DNA from: an uncultured Verrucomicrobiae bacterium
GTDB taxonomy: Bacteria; Verrucomicrobiota; Verrucomicrobiia; Limisphaerales; UBA11358
Direction: 5' to 3'
DNA length: 64,000 nt
NCBI GenBank assembly: GCA_963786375.1
Contig: CAWAYP010000013.1
Coordinates: 15,479 to 79,478, forward strand
The notes under the pieces: model-generated
What the model was told of the DNA's origin: nothing
The model's database searches: none
Seen by the model: the letters and a program-made list of their open reading frames with translations, nothing else
In this document: positions 50,314 to 60,564 of the stretch, piece by piece
How positions within the stretch are numbered: the first letter of the stretch is position 1
How the letters are laid out: each line of letters opens with the position of its first letter
Translations under genes and position numbers: made by a program

Positions 50314-51747
50314 TCACTGCGTTTCTCTATTCCGTTCCTCGCGTTTGGGATCCAATCCAAACTGGAATATCTTCTCCCGGACTTTCATCCGGCTGACCCC
50401 CAGCCAGCGGGCGATCTTGGATTGGTTGCCTTGCGCCAGCTGCATGGCCTGTCTGAACAACTCCGGCTCCAAATCCGCGATCATGCGGGAATAGGCGTCC
50501 TGAACGTCGCCGCTTTGCGCGCGGTTGAGCAGTTCGGCGATGTAGGCGGCGTGGGTTTGCCGTTTGGTTTCGGTCGGCTTGCGGGTTTTGGCCAGCACGC
50601 GTTGCGCGTGCTCCAAACTGATGCCGAATGGCCGCGCTGACAACAATGTCTGGCGAACCACGTTTTCCAGTTCGCGCACGTTGCCCGGCCACGGCTGGTT
50701 TTGCAGGAAGGCTATCGCTTCCGGCTGGATGGAGGGAGAATCAAGGCCGAGTTCCTTTCCATAGCGGTGAATGAAATACTTCACCAGTTCTGGAACGTCC
50801 TCCGTGCGCTGGCTCAATGGTGGCAGGGAGATGGTCACAACGCTCAAGCGGTAGTACAAATCCTCGCGGAATTCTTTTTCCTTGATCGCGGTTTCCAGGT
50901 CGCGATGGGTCGCGGCCAGCACCCGCACATCCACGGGAATATCGGTCTCGCTGCCGAGCCGCTGGATGGTGTGATCCTGGAGCACGCGCAGCAGCTTGCC
51001 TTGCGTGTTGGGGTTCAAATCACCGATCTCATCGAGGAAAATGGTTCCGCCGTGTGCCTGTTCGAAGCGGCCGATGCGGCGGCCTTGGGCGCCGGTGAAC
51101 GCGCCGCGTTCATACCCGAACAGTTCACTCTCCAGCAACGTATCAGGGATGGCGGCACAATTGACGGCGATGAAGGGTTTATTCGCGCGGTCGCTGTGCT
51201 GATAGATGGCCCGCGCAATCAATTCCTTGCCGGTGCCGGTGGCGCCGCGAATCAACACCGTGGCCGGCGTGGCCGCGACCCGGCCGATTTCCTTGTAGAT
51301 CGCCTGCATGGCTCGGCTGCGGCCGATGATGGCCGAGCGGTTCATGCGGGCTTCGCCCATGGCCACCGGATCGGACATCAGCCGGCTGCTGGCAACGGCG
51401 GAGGCGACTAAGTCAAGCAACTCATCGGCCTCGAATGGTTTAAGCAGGTACTCGCACGCGCCCAGCTTGGTCGCTTCAATGGCCGTTTCGGTCGTGCCGT
51501 GGGCGGTCATCAGGATGATGGGTTGCTTCGGTTTGACGGCATGAAGCTGGGCCACCAGCTCCAGCCCGCCCAAGCCGGGCAACCGCATGTCGGAAATGAC
51601 GACGTTGTATTGCTCCCGGCACGCCTGTTCCAGACCGACATCGCCCCGGCCGGCGATTGCCACATCGTAGCCCTCTTCTTGCAGCACCTTTTGCAAGGAA
51701 GCGGCGGTGCTGGCGTTATCCTCGATTAGCAGAATTCTAGGTCTCAT
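50314..51747 (-). CDS. sigma-54-dependent response regulator (NtrC family)
   Basis: Receiver domain MRPRILLIEDN...DMRLPG. AAA+ domain with GATGTGKE and GAFTGA (ERGAFTGAQ). C-terminal Fis-type HTH. ORF trimmed to the ATG at 51747. Confidence 0.9.
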   Translation of the reverse strand: MRPRILLIEDNASTAASLQKVLQEEGYDVAIAGRGDVGLEQACREQYNVVISDMRLPGLGGLELVAQLHAVKPKQPIILMTAHGTTETAIEATKLGACEYLLKPFEADELLDLVASAVASSRLMSDPVAMGEARMNRSAIIGRSRAMQAIYKEIGRVAATPATVLIRGATGTGKELIARAIYQHSDRANKPFIAVNCAAIPDTLLESELFGYERGAFTGAQGRRIGRFEQAHGGTIFLDEIGDLNPNTQGKLLRVLQDHTIQRLGSETDIPVDVRVLAATHRDLETAIKEKEFREDLYYRLSVVTISLPPLSQRTEDVPELVKYFIHRYGKELGLDSPSIQPEAIAFLQNQPWPGNVRELENVVRQTLLSARPFGISLEHAQRVLAKTRKPTETKRQTHAAYIAELLNRAQSGDVQDAYSRMIADLEPELFRQAMQLAQGNQSKIARWLGVSRMKVREKIFQFGLDPKREERNRETQ

Positions 51748-53146
51748 GTTCGCTGACGCACGGCAGAACAACGGAAAAGGTGGTGCCGTGGTTGAGATGG
51801 GTTTGATAGCGGAGTTCACCGCCGTGCTTCTCGACAATCCGCGCCGCAATGGGAAGTCCCAGCCCCGTTCCACCCTCCTTGGTGGTGAAGAAGGGATCAA
51901 ACAGCCGCTCCTGCACTTCCGGCGGAATTCCCTTGCCGTTGTCGGTCACTTCCAAGGCCACGAAATGACCCGTGCCGTTGCGCGCGCGAAGCGCAATCTT
52001 CCCATCATGTCCGATGCTGTCCGCCGAATTTTGAACCAGGTTGATCAAAACCTGCTTGATTTGGTGGGTGTCGGCGCGCACCCAGGCCGGTTCGGACGGT
52101 TCCAGCGTCAAGTCAATCGCGGCTTTTTTCAGTTGCGGGTTCAAGAGGTCGCATACTTCCTGCAAAATGCGCTGCGTGGGGATGGTGATGAGTTCCGGCT
52201 CGGATGGGCGCGCGAACTGAAGGAAGTCCTTGACGATGCGCTCCAGCCGGTTGATTTCGTCGCCAATCACAATGGCGTCCTCATTTTCCGCCAGACCGGC
52301 GGGCAGGGATTTCTTCAGGCTGTAGAGGCGGAATTTGATGGCCGTCAGCGGATTGCGGATTTCATGCGCGACCCCGGCCGCCAACTCTCCCAGCGAAGCG
52401 AGCTTTTCCTGCCGCGCGATGATGGCGTGGCTCTCGGTCAGCCGGTGGCGGAGTGGCGCGATCGTGCCGCGATAAACCAATACCGCCAGCGCGGCGATCA
52501 ACATCAGCAAGAGCGCCAGCGATATTTTGAGCATTCGCTGAAAGGCGGCCAGCGTGCTGTTCGACTCCTGGAGAAAGTTGTCAAAAGCCGAACTCTGGTC
52601 GCGGATAAACGCGTCGCACAAGTCCAGCAGATGTTGGGATTGTTGCTGCACTTTTTCGTAGCTGGTGGGGAAGGCAACGGCTTTTGATTCAAGGAAACCG
52701 ATTCTGGCGTTGAGTAAATTGGTGCTGTCCGTCAGGTAGTCGTTGTAGGCGCCGCTCATCCGCTTGAAGAATTCGCGTTCCAAAGGCGTGACGGCGTTGG
52801 TCCGGTTTGCCTCAAACCATTGTGTCAATTCCTGTGAGCCTTGGCAGAACTGATTGTAGTCGGCGGCTTCCCCGCGCAGCCGATAGCGAAGCAGCGTGTC
52901 GTTTAACTGCTGGATGCCGCTCTTCATGTGAATGGCCAGATAGAAGTCCTTCGCCTTCAGCTCCGCAAACTCGTGCTGCAAATGTTCCACCCGATCCCAG
53001 GTGGTGCGGCTGACCCAGATGACCAGGATTGAACCGAGCAAGGCCGTCAACAGGAGACCGGCCAGCCGCAGTTGCGCCGCCGGACGTTTCCGGGTGGCAC
53101 GCGGGGAGCCACCGGTGGAAGGAATTGTTTCACCCATCTGTTTCAT
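51737..53146 (-). CDS. membrane sensor histidine kinase (NtrB/AtoS-like partner)
   Basis: Two TM segments. H-box LAAGVAHEIRNPLTAI. HATPase motifs VLINLVQNSADS, DNGKGIPPEV and GGTGLGL. Overlaps the response-regulator start by 11 nt. Confidence 0.9.
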   Translation of the reverse strand: MKQMGETIPSTGGSPRATRKRPAAQLRLAGLLLTALLGSILVIWVSRTTWDRVEHLQHEFAELKAKDFYLAIHMKSGIQQLNDTLLRYRLRGEAADYNQFCQGSQELTQWFEANRTNAVTPLEREFFKRMSGAYNDYLTDSTNLLNARIGFLESKAVAFPTSYEKVQQQSQHLLDLCDAFIRDQSSAFDNFLQESNSTLAAFQRMLKISLALLLMLIAALAVLVYRGTIAPLRHRLTESHAIIARQEKLASLGELAAGVAHEIRNPLTAIKFRLYSLKKSLPAGLAENEDAIVIGDEINRLERIVKDFLQFARPSEPELITIPTQRILQEVCDLLNPQLKKAAIDLTLEPSEPAWVRADTHQIKQVLINLVQNSADSIGHDGKIALRARNGTGHFVALEVTDNGKGIPPEVQERLFDPFFTTKEGGTGLGLPIAARIVEKHGGELRYQTHLNHGTTFSVVLPCVSEHET

Positions 53147-53986
53147 CTTACTGCCGGTTGCCGTTCAAATGCACGGGATTTGGCCGAAATTGGCCATCAG
53201 TCCATACTGGCATAGCAACCGCTAGTCCAGCTTCAAGCGTAACACCAAAAATATGACAAACCAATAGCAACCTCAAACCCCGGAAAAATGAAAACACAAG
53301 TTGCAAACCGTTCTGATGATGCTGCGCCTTTCTTTGCATGTTCTTTGGAAGCACAGCTGGATGAGGACAAGAACAACGGCAACCGGAATTTCCCGCCAGC
53401 TCTCAATCTGCAAACACGACCAATATCTGTCCCGGCAGGTTGGGGTCCCGCCCGCTACCCGGATTCCGGGTTGCCGTCTTCATTGAAAAACTGGCTGGCT
53501 TCCAGGAACGCCCGGGTGATTGGCTGAATCATTCGTCACGGGAAGCGATGCCTGTGTTTGGGTTATGATCGCCGCCCCGGCGGTCCCTCTGAGAAAACCT
53601 CTGATTTGCCCCTGTCGCCGCCTGTGCGGTTACAGCCAGGATGTCCGCCATATTCCCTCCGCCTTTCCGTTGTCCGGGCAAAAATTCCAGGAATAGCTGA
53701 CGGGCGTTGTTTCGGCGATTGGTTTGGGCCGCCGAACGTGGCAATTGCCAAGCGGATTTTTCTCAACTTCCTGGCCAGTCTGGACTGCCAGCAAAACGGC
53801 GCGCGACAGAGTAATCAGCGGGTAATGCCGGCAATTTGAGCGTTTTACATTTCGGCCACGGAATCGTAGTTTCTCCGCGCGACCCTCGATGGATTTGCCG
53901 GTTTGTTTCCAGCTTAAAGACAATTTCATTTTGGCATTTCAGATTTCGCGGCTTGGCTTTAGGGTTTGGCCTGTTCGCGAAATAAA

Positions 53987-55162
53987 ATGAAAACACTGCA
54001 CAGATATCTGACCCGCCAGATGCTGGCCTCGTTGTTGTTGGGCATGGCGGTGTTCACCTTTGTGTTGCTGATTGGCGATGGACTCAAGGAAATGCTCCCC
54101 CTGCTCATCGGCGGCCAGTTGCGGTTTGGCGTGATGGTGGAAGCGATTGCCTGGTTGATTCCGTTTTTCTGGGTCTATGCGCTGCCGATGGGGCTGCTGA
54201 CGGCCACGTTGCTGGTCTTTGGCCGGTTCAGCGCCGATCAGGAACTCACCGCCGCGCGCGCCAGCGGCATCAGCCTGCTCTCGCTCATCACGCCGGTTTT
54301 GCTCCTGAGCCTGTTTTGCTGCGGCCTCAGCGCGTGGATCAACCTGGATTTGGGACCGCGCTCGCGCGTCGCGTTCAAGGATTTGCTCTATCGCGCGCGG
54401 GCCGATTTGGCGCAATTCCAACTGCCCGAAAAGCAGTTCATCCGCGACTTTCCCGGCTACATTATTTACGTGGACAGAAACCACGGCGGCGATTTGCAGG
54501 ATGTGATGGTCTTCGTGCTGCAAAACGAAACCAACGTGACCGCCACCATTCGCGCGCCGCGTGGACGGTTGCAGGTGGACCCGCACAACAAGCAACTGAC
54601 TTTCAATTTGTTGGACGCCCAGGTGGTGAGGATAAATCCAAACGGCAGCGTGACGATCAGTTCTTCCAAGGGATGGTCCGCTTACACTTATCAGCTCCCG
54701 GCGGCGGAAAACCACCCGTACCATCCGGCCATCAGCGACATGACGTTCTGGCAATTGCGCGATGAACTGGATGATTTGAACGGGAAACTCAGTCTGCCAT
54801 CGGCCTTGGACGAATCCGCCGGGGAAGCCCCAAACGAACCATTGCGCCAGGCGGAAAGACAGCGGGAGGATTTGATGGAACCGCTTCGTGTCGAGATGAA
54901 CCGGCAGGTTGCCTTTTCGTTTGCGTGTTTCAGCTTTACGCTCATCGGCATCCCGCTCGGCATCCGCGTTCACCGGCGCGAGACGAACATCGGCGTCGCC
55001 ATCGCGTTGATCCTCGTCCTGGTTTATTACGCTTTCATCATGCTGGGCGAATCGCTTTCCGCCCGCCCGGAATTCGCCCCGCACCTGATTTTCTGGCTGC
55101 CCAATTTTATCTTCCAGGCCGTTGGCGCGGTGCTGCTCTGGCGCGCCAACCGGGGGATTTAA
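53987..55162 (+). CDS. LptF/LptG-family (YjgP/YjgQ) permease
   Basis: MKTLHRYLTRQMLASLLLGMAVFTFVLLIGD... with the typical 3 TM + periplasmic domain + 3 TM layout. Confidence 0.8.
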   Translation: MKTLHRYLTRQMLASLLLGMAVFTFVLLIGDGLKEMLPLLIGGQLRFGVMVEAIAWLIPFFWVYALPMGLLTATLLVFGRFSADQELTAARASGISLLSLITPVLLLSLFCCGLSAWINLDLGPRSRVAFKDLLYRARADLAQFQLPEKQFIRDFPGYIIYVDRNHGGDLQDVMVFVLQNETNVTATIRAPRGRLQVDPHNKQLTFNLLDAQVVRINPNGSVTISSSKGWSAYTYQLPAAENHPYHPAISDMTFWQLRDELDDLNGKLSLPSALDESAGEAPNEPLRQAERQREDLMEPLRVEMNRQVAFSFACFSFTLIGIPLGIRVHRRETNIGVAIALILVLVYYAFIMLGESLSARPEFAPHLIFWLPNFIFQAVGAVLLWRANRGI

Positions 55163-56048
55163 CAATGTTTAATTTTGAGTTTTGAATTTTAAATTGAAAG
55201 CTCGCGCTGCAACTCAAAACCAAAAATTCAAAACTTATAACTCTCCTGCGGAAAACTTTCCCCACCGCCGCCTGGTCCACCGGCTTGACGATCAGTTCGT
55301 CAATGTTCACGTGCGCCGGGCGGCCGGCGATCCAGACCAGAATTTCCGCAATATCTTCGGCGGTCAGCGGCTTGATGCCTTCATAAACTTTATTCGCGCC
55401 GGCGGCGTCGCCCTTGAAACGCACGAGCGAAAATTCCGTCTCCGCCAGCCCGGGGTCCACCGTGCCGACGCGAATGCCGGTGCCGAGCAACTCCAGCCGC
55501 AGCGCGCGGGTGATTTGCAGTTCGCCCGCCTTGGCCGCGCAATAAACTGCGCCGCCCTCGTAGGCCGTGTGGCCGGCCACCGAGCCGATGTTGATGATGC
55601 TCGCGCCGGCGTCGCGCGTCATCAACGGCAGCGCCGCGCGCGTCATGCGCAGCACGCCGAGCACGTTCGACTGAATCATCGCCTCCCAATCCGCGTCCTT
55701 GCCTTCGGCCACGGTGTCCAAGCCGTGCGCGCCGCCGGCGTTGTTGATCAAAACGTGCAAATTTCCGGCGGCTGGCGGCCGGTTGCCGATTTTTTCGCGG
55801 ATCCAGGAAATGAATTCTTCGACGCTTTCAGTTTTCGCAACGTCGAGAAAATGGAAATGCGCTTCCTTCGCGCCGGCTTTTTCCGCTTCCGCCGCGACTT
55901 TTTCCAGGCGGTCAACGCGCCGCGCGCCGAGCAGCAGTTTCGCGCCCTCCGTGCCAAACGCCCGCGCCGCCGCCGCGCCGAATCCGGACGACGCGCCGGT
56001 AATGAGCACCCATTTATCCTTGAGCGAAGCCATGGAGCGAATGTTCAT
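55107..56048 (-). CDS. short-chain dehydrogenase/reductase (SDR)
   Basis: TGASSGFG, NNAG and YCAAKAG motifs. The ORF has no stop until 55107, which adds a ~45-aa tail that crosses an AT-rich inverted repeat and overlaps the convergent gene by 56 nt. Confidence 0.85.
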   Translation of the reverse strand: MNIRSMASLKDKWVLITGASSGFGAAAARAFGTEGAKLLLGARRVDRLEKVAAEAEKAGAKEAHFHFLDVAKTESVEEFISWIREKIGNRPPAAGNLHVLINNAGGAHGLDTVAEGKDADWEAMIQSNVLGVLRMTRAALPLMTRDAGASIINIGSVAGHTAYEGGAVYCAAKAGELQITRALRLELLGTGIRVGTVDPGLAETEFSLVRFKGDAAGANKVYEGIKPLTAEDIAEILVWIAGRPAHVNIDELIVKPVDQAAVGKVFRRRVISFEFLVLSCSASFQFKIQNSKLNIVKSPGWRARAAPRQRPGR

Positions 56049-56125
56049 CCGGCGCGGACATTGTTCAAGGTAAAATTTTGTCGTGCGAATCGCGTGTTGC
56101 TATTCTAGGTTGACGGCCAATTCCG

Positions 56126-58036
56126 ATGAAAAGCAAAGCCTGTTTCCTCCTGGTTGCCGCGTTCCTGTTTCCGGCCCCTTGCTGCCGGGCCGGCAATTAC
56201 ACCAACTTCGACGTGGCCATCTACATTCCCGTGCGCGAGGTGCTCAGTTTTGAAAATCCGCAAAAGTTGCAGGACGACTGGAGCCGGATCAGCGCCCAGT
56301 TGAAGGTGGACAAGGTCTATATCGAAGTGCAGCGCAATCGGGAATTGGCCGGCGACGAATTGCTCGAGCGCGTGAAAAAGTTTTTCCTCGACCGGGGCGT
56401 GCGCGTGGCGGGCGGCATGGCGCTGTTCGACGACGGGTTCGGCCAGTTCAAGTCGTTTTGTTACACCGACCCGCCGGACCGGGAATTCGTCCAGCACGCG
56501 GCGGAACTGGCGGCGCGGCATTTTGACGAAGTGATTCAGGACGACTTCTTCTTCAACAACACCAAGACCGATTCCGACATCGCCGCCAAGGGAACGAACA
56601 GTTGGACGCAGTTCCGGCTCGCCCTGATGGACGACGTGGCGGAAAATTTAATCATCAAACCGGCGCGCGCCATCAACCCCAACATCAAACTCGTCATCAA
56701 ATTCCCCAATTGGTACGAGCATTTTCAGGGGCTGGGCTACGACCTCGACCGGGAGCCGAAACTGTTCGACGGCATTTACACCGGCACGGAAACGCGCGAC
56801 CCGGTCGTCACCGACCAGCATTTGCAGCAGTATGAGAGCTACGAAATCATCCGCTACTTCGACAACATCGCGCCGGGCCGCAACGGCGGCGGCTGGGTGG
56901 ACACCTTTAGCATCCAATATATTGACCGCTACGCCGAGCAACTTTGGGACACGATGTTCGCCAAGGCGCCGCAAATCATGCTGTTCGAATGGTCGGCGAT
57001 GAGCCGGCCCATTGTGCTGGGCGACCGCGCCGCCTGGCAGAATTTGCCCACCAGCTTCAATTACGATCAAATGCTCAAAAGCTTTCACCCCGATCCCTCT
57101 ATCGGCTTGACGAACCCCGTCATCGCTTCCGTGGCCAGTTACAGTTTGAAACAGGTGGACACCTTCCTCGGCCGGCTCGGCAATCCGATTGGCATCGCCA
57201 GCTACAAACCCTATCAATCCACCGGCGAGGATTTTCTGCAGAATTATCTGGGCATGATCGGCATTCCGATTGAGATGTATCCGTATTTTCCCACCAACGC
57301 GGACCTGGTGCTGCTGACCGAAGAGGCGAAATTTGATCCCGACATCGTCGCCAAAATCAAACAACAACTCGTCGCCGGCAAATCCGTCGTCATCACCTCC
57401 GGCCTGCTTCACGCGCTAAAACACCGGGGCATCAACGACATCGTGGAACTGCGCTACACCGGCCGCCAACTGCTGGCGCATGAATTTTACGGCGGGTTCG
57501 GCGCCGGCAACGGAGCCGACCTCGGTGACGATCCGAATGCGGCCATCCTGCTGCCGGTGATTGAATTTTTCACCAACGACGCGTGGCCCTTGGTGCGCGC
57601 GATGGCCAACGGCGGCGCCTGCCCGCTGTTGCTCATGGATCGCTACACCAAAGGCGTGCTTTATGTGCTGACCATTCCCGACAACTTTGCCGATTTATAC
57701 CGGCTGCCGCCCGCCGTCACGAGCGCCATCAAGGGCTATTTGATGCGCGGTTTTCCCGTTCGTCTGGACGGCCCCGGCCAGGTGGCGCTCTTCGCGTATG
57801 ACAATCACACGTTCATCGTGGAATCCTATCGGCCCACGGAAACCGACGTGAAAATTTCCACAACGGAAGGTTTCACCAAACTGCGGAATCTGGTGACCGG
57901 CGAAGAGATTGCCGGCCAGGCGCCGGAGGAACCGCGAGGTTTCGAACGTCGGCGGCAATTTTTTGGTGAAAAGCGCGAGTCCTTCAACGTGCATCTGCTG
58001 CCGCACAGCTACGAAGTTTTTGAGATGGAGAAGTAA
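56126..58036 (+). CDS. secreted hypothetical protein (636 aa)
   Basis: Signal peptide MKSKACFLLVAAFLFPAPCCRAG. Intact long ORF. Family not recognised. Confidence 0.65.
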   Translation: MKSKACFLLVAAFLFPAPCCRAGNYTNFDVAIYIPVREVLSFENPQKLQDDWSRISAQLKVDKVYIEVQRNRELAGDELLERVKKFFLDRGVRVAGGMALFDDGFGQFKSFCYTDPPDREFVQHAAELAARHFDEVIQDDFFFNNTKTDSDIAAKGTNSWTQFRLALMDDVAENLIIKPARAINPNIKLVIKFPNWYEHFQGLGYDLDREPKLFDGIYTGTETRDPVVTDQHLQQYESYEIIRYFDNIAPGRNGGGWVDTFSIQYIDRYAEQLWDTMFAKAPQIMLFEWSAMSRPIVLGDRAAWQNLPTSFNYDQMLKSFHPDPSIGLTNPVIASVASYSLKQVDTFLGRLGNPIGIASYKPYQSTGEDFLQNYLGMIGIPIEMYPYFPTNADLVLLTEEAKFDPDIVAKIKQQLVAGKSVVITSGLLHALKHRGINDIVELRYTGRQLLAHEFYGGFGAGNGADLGDDPNAAILLPVIEFFTNDAWPLVRAMANGGACPLLLMDRYTKGVLYVLTIPDNFADLYRLPPAVTSAIKGYLMRGFPVRLDGPGQVALFAYDNHTFIVESYRPTETDVKISTTEGFTKLRNLVTGEEIAGQAPEEPRGFERRRQFFGEKRESFNVHLLPHSYEVFEMEK

Positions 58037-58395
58037 AAGGACCTGGATGATGCCGGACGTTTTCAGCCGATGCCTTCGAGACGGTTGGCGTAGCCATTTA
58101 CCAGCTTGTGGGATTTGAGCAGCGCTTCAATCTGTGGCCAGACACGGGCGAGCAGGCATGAAACACCGCTTGCAATCAAGTTGAAGTACCGCGTAATTCA
58201 CATTTCGCAACAATGCCCCCGCCCATCGCCAGTGCTACGACACATCCAGCTTGACATCGCGGTTCGCGGGGTTGTTGACATGGCTGGGACTCCACGTATC
58301 GCATTTGTGGTTGACATCCTTGTACCGTCTTGGTAATTAGTTTCTGCGGCAGGGCCAAAGGCCAGCGAGTGGCGCGCAACCATCTGAGGCGACAA

Positions 58396-58707
58396 ATGAA
58401 ACAGGCATTGCTGGAACACATTGAAGCGAAGGTCATCAATTTCCTTCGCGATATGAAGGCGCCCATCCATGCGAGCCAGATCGCTGTTCACATTCAGGAA
58501 AGGCGGGAAGACACGCTCCAGGCAATCCAGCGGCTGGTAAAAAACGGGACCATCAAGGACGTGCAGAATCTCGTTTTTTTCAATTCCACCGGTGAAGTCA
58601 TGGCCTACACTTTGGCTGACGCCGCGCTACAGCAAACGCCGGTGGCGCCTTCCGTTCCGCCGACGCAATTGACACCACCGCCCCAACGCGGTTCGGCTTA
58701 CAAATAA
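58396..58707 (+). CDS. small winged-helix-like hypothetical protein
   Basis: MKQALLEHIEAKVINFLRDMKAPIHASQIAVHIQERREDTLQAIQRLVKNGTIKDV, followed by a Pro-rich tail. Confidence 0.4.
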   Translation: MKQALLEHIEAKVINFLRDMKAPIHASQIAVHIQERREDTLQAIQRLVKNGTIKDVQNLVFFNSTGEVMAYTLADAALQQTPVAPSVPPTQLTPPPQRGSAYK

Positions 58708-58828
58708 GCTGGCTAAAAGGCTGTCTGGCCGGGTCGAAGCTCGGAGCATTTTGTAGAAGCGTTTTCGCCGGCCCGCCATCGCTTCGCTACGGCGCGGCAG
58801 TCTTCGTCCTCGCTAGGCTGCGGGCGAA

Positions 58829-58861
58829 GGCTGGTGGAGCCGAGGGGAGTCGAACCCCTGA
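58829..58861 (-). repeat. att repeat (copy of the tRNA-Ala 3' end), distal
   Basis: ggctggtggagccgaggggagtcgaacccctga is identical to 62102-62134. Confidence 0.95.
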
Positions 58862-58935
58862 AACGACTACACGCTTCATATTTGAATGTTTGCCAATGTT
58901 TTAAACACATTAAAACACCGTTGACACCAGTGAAT

Positions 58936-58955
58936 GTTGCCACTATTGTTGCCAC
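58936..58955 (+). repeat. GTTGCCAC x2, 12-bp period (candidate arm site)
   Basis: aatGTTGCCACtattGTTGCCACcag, 25 bp upstream of int4. Confidence 0.55.
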
Positions 58956-58979
58956 CAGACCAAACGAAAGGTTCAAATT

Positions 58980-60143
58980 ATGGCATCTCTACGCAAAAAA
59001 GACCGCTCGCCGTTCTGGTTCGCCTGCTTCACCCTGCCGGATGGACGCCGAACGCAACGCAGCACGGGTACAACCGACAAACGACAGGCTCAACGCATCG
59101 GCAACGAATTCGAGGACGCCGCCGCGCCAAGGCACGCAAGGCCGCTTCATCGAATCGCGGGCACGCAAAACGATTGCCGACATTTACGCGCTGGCGAACA
59201 TCGACACCCTGCCCGGTTCAACTGTGAGCCAATTTTATGGACTCATGGCTCAAGCGCAAGGAACTTGAAGCGGGAGAAAAGACGCACGCGCGCTATTCGA
59301 CTGTGGCCGCACAATTCACCGGGCATCTCGGCGCGAAAGCTGGGCGCGACATTGCCAACGTGACGGCAGCGGACATCACCAAATTTCGAGACGCCCTCGC
59401 CAAGCGCGTGACAGTGGGTACGGTGAACGTCAGCATGAAGATTCTCCGTTCAGCGTTCGCGCAAGCCCGCCGCGACGGCATGATTGACGTGAACGAGGCC
59501 GAACGGGTGACGCTGTTGAAACGCAAAGACCGTTTTGAACGCCGCCCGTTCTCCATGCCCGAGCTAAAGCGCATCCTTGAAGTGGCCAAGCGATGAATGG
59601 CGCGGGATGATTCTCTTTGGACTCTACACTGGCCAGCGTCTCAGTGATCTTGCTAACCTGACGTGGCAAAACGTGGATTTGCAACGCGCCGAGCTTCGTC
59701 TAGTGACGGGTAAAACCGGGCGACGGCAAATCATTCCGCTGGCTGAGCCGCTGCTTAATTACATTGCGGAACTACCTGCCGGGGACAAACCGGATGCCCC
59801 GCTGTTTCCGAAAATTCATGCTACAGCCCAACGCCACAAGCACGCCGGGAATTTGAGCAACGAATTCTTCGGTATCCTTGTCGCCGCCGGGCTCGCGCAA
59901 AAGAAATCGCACCACGCTGACCCGGATAAGAAGAAAGGCCGCTCGGCGAAACGTGAGCAAAACGAAATCAGCTTTCACTCGCTGAGGCACACAGCCACGA
60001 GCCTTTTGAAATCCGCTGGCGTCAGTGACGCCGTGGCAATGGAATTTATCGGCCATGATTCAAAGAGTGTGAGCCGCCAATACACGCACATTCCAACGGA
60101 GTTGTTAAAACAAGCCGCCGCCAAGCTGCCGGACATTCAGTAA
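58980..60143 (+). pseudogene. tyrosine integrase int4, three frameshifts
   Basis: Four frames read consecutively: MASLRKKDRSPFWFACFTLPDGRRTQRSTGTTDKRQAQRIGNEFEDAA, then RQGTQGRFIESRARKTIADIYALANIDTLPGSTVSQFY, then MDSWLKRKELE...ILEVAK, then DEWRGMILFGLYTGQRLSDL...HSLRHTATSLL...GHDSKSVSRQYTH. Confidence 0.85.
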
Positions 60144-60380
60144 CGCGCTTTTGCGTGCGCGGCACGCCGGGTTCAGTGGCTCAAGCGGCGCTTTCCGAGG
60201 CGGTTTCTACCGCTCGGACGCTGGCAAGCCGCCGCAGGTCTGCGGCCTGATTGCGTCCGGCAATGCCCTTTCGTTTGCCTTCAGGGTTGTCCGATGGACT
60301 GTTCAAGTGGTTTTAACTTCACGGCTGTGATTTCAGGGCGATCATAGAGTTAAAATCGGCGGGCGGCACGGGTGGCAGTT

Positions 60381-60560
60381 GGAAACGAACACTAGCTAGA
60401 AAACCATCCTTTGTTTCCCACCGCTCGCTTTTCTTCGTTTCCTTGAATCTTCATTTTCCGAAGCAAAACGCCGGGCTTCGGCGGTGAAAACGCATTAGCT
60501 TCCAGTTTCGTTTCCCCTCGTTTCCGGTTTCCACGCCGTACATGTTCGGTTTGGGAAACG
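60381..60560. repeat. iteron-like cluster of (C)GTTTCC: 5 direct (60413, 60436, 60509, 60519, 60526) plus 2 inverted (60381, 60554)
   Basis: Read directly. The cluster includes the 13-bp perfect inverted repeat agtttcgtttccc / gggaaacgaaact (60504-60516 and 60553-60565). Confidence 0.75.
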
Positions 60561-60564
60561 AAAC

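Noticed and set aside
50701-56108. Long antisense ORFs (50701..51411 +, 51707..52687 +, 53939..55165 -, 55182..56108 +)
   Set aside because: Each is fully overlapped by a well-supported gene on the other strand (NtrC-like regulator, histidine kinase, LptF/G permease, SDR). All have Arg/Gly/Ala-rich low-complexity composition.
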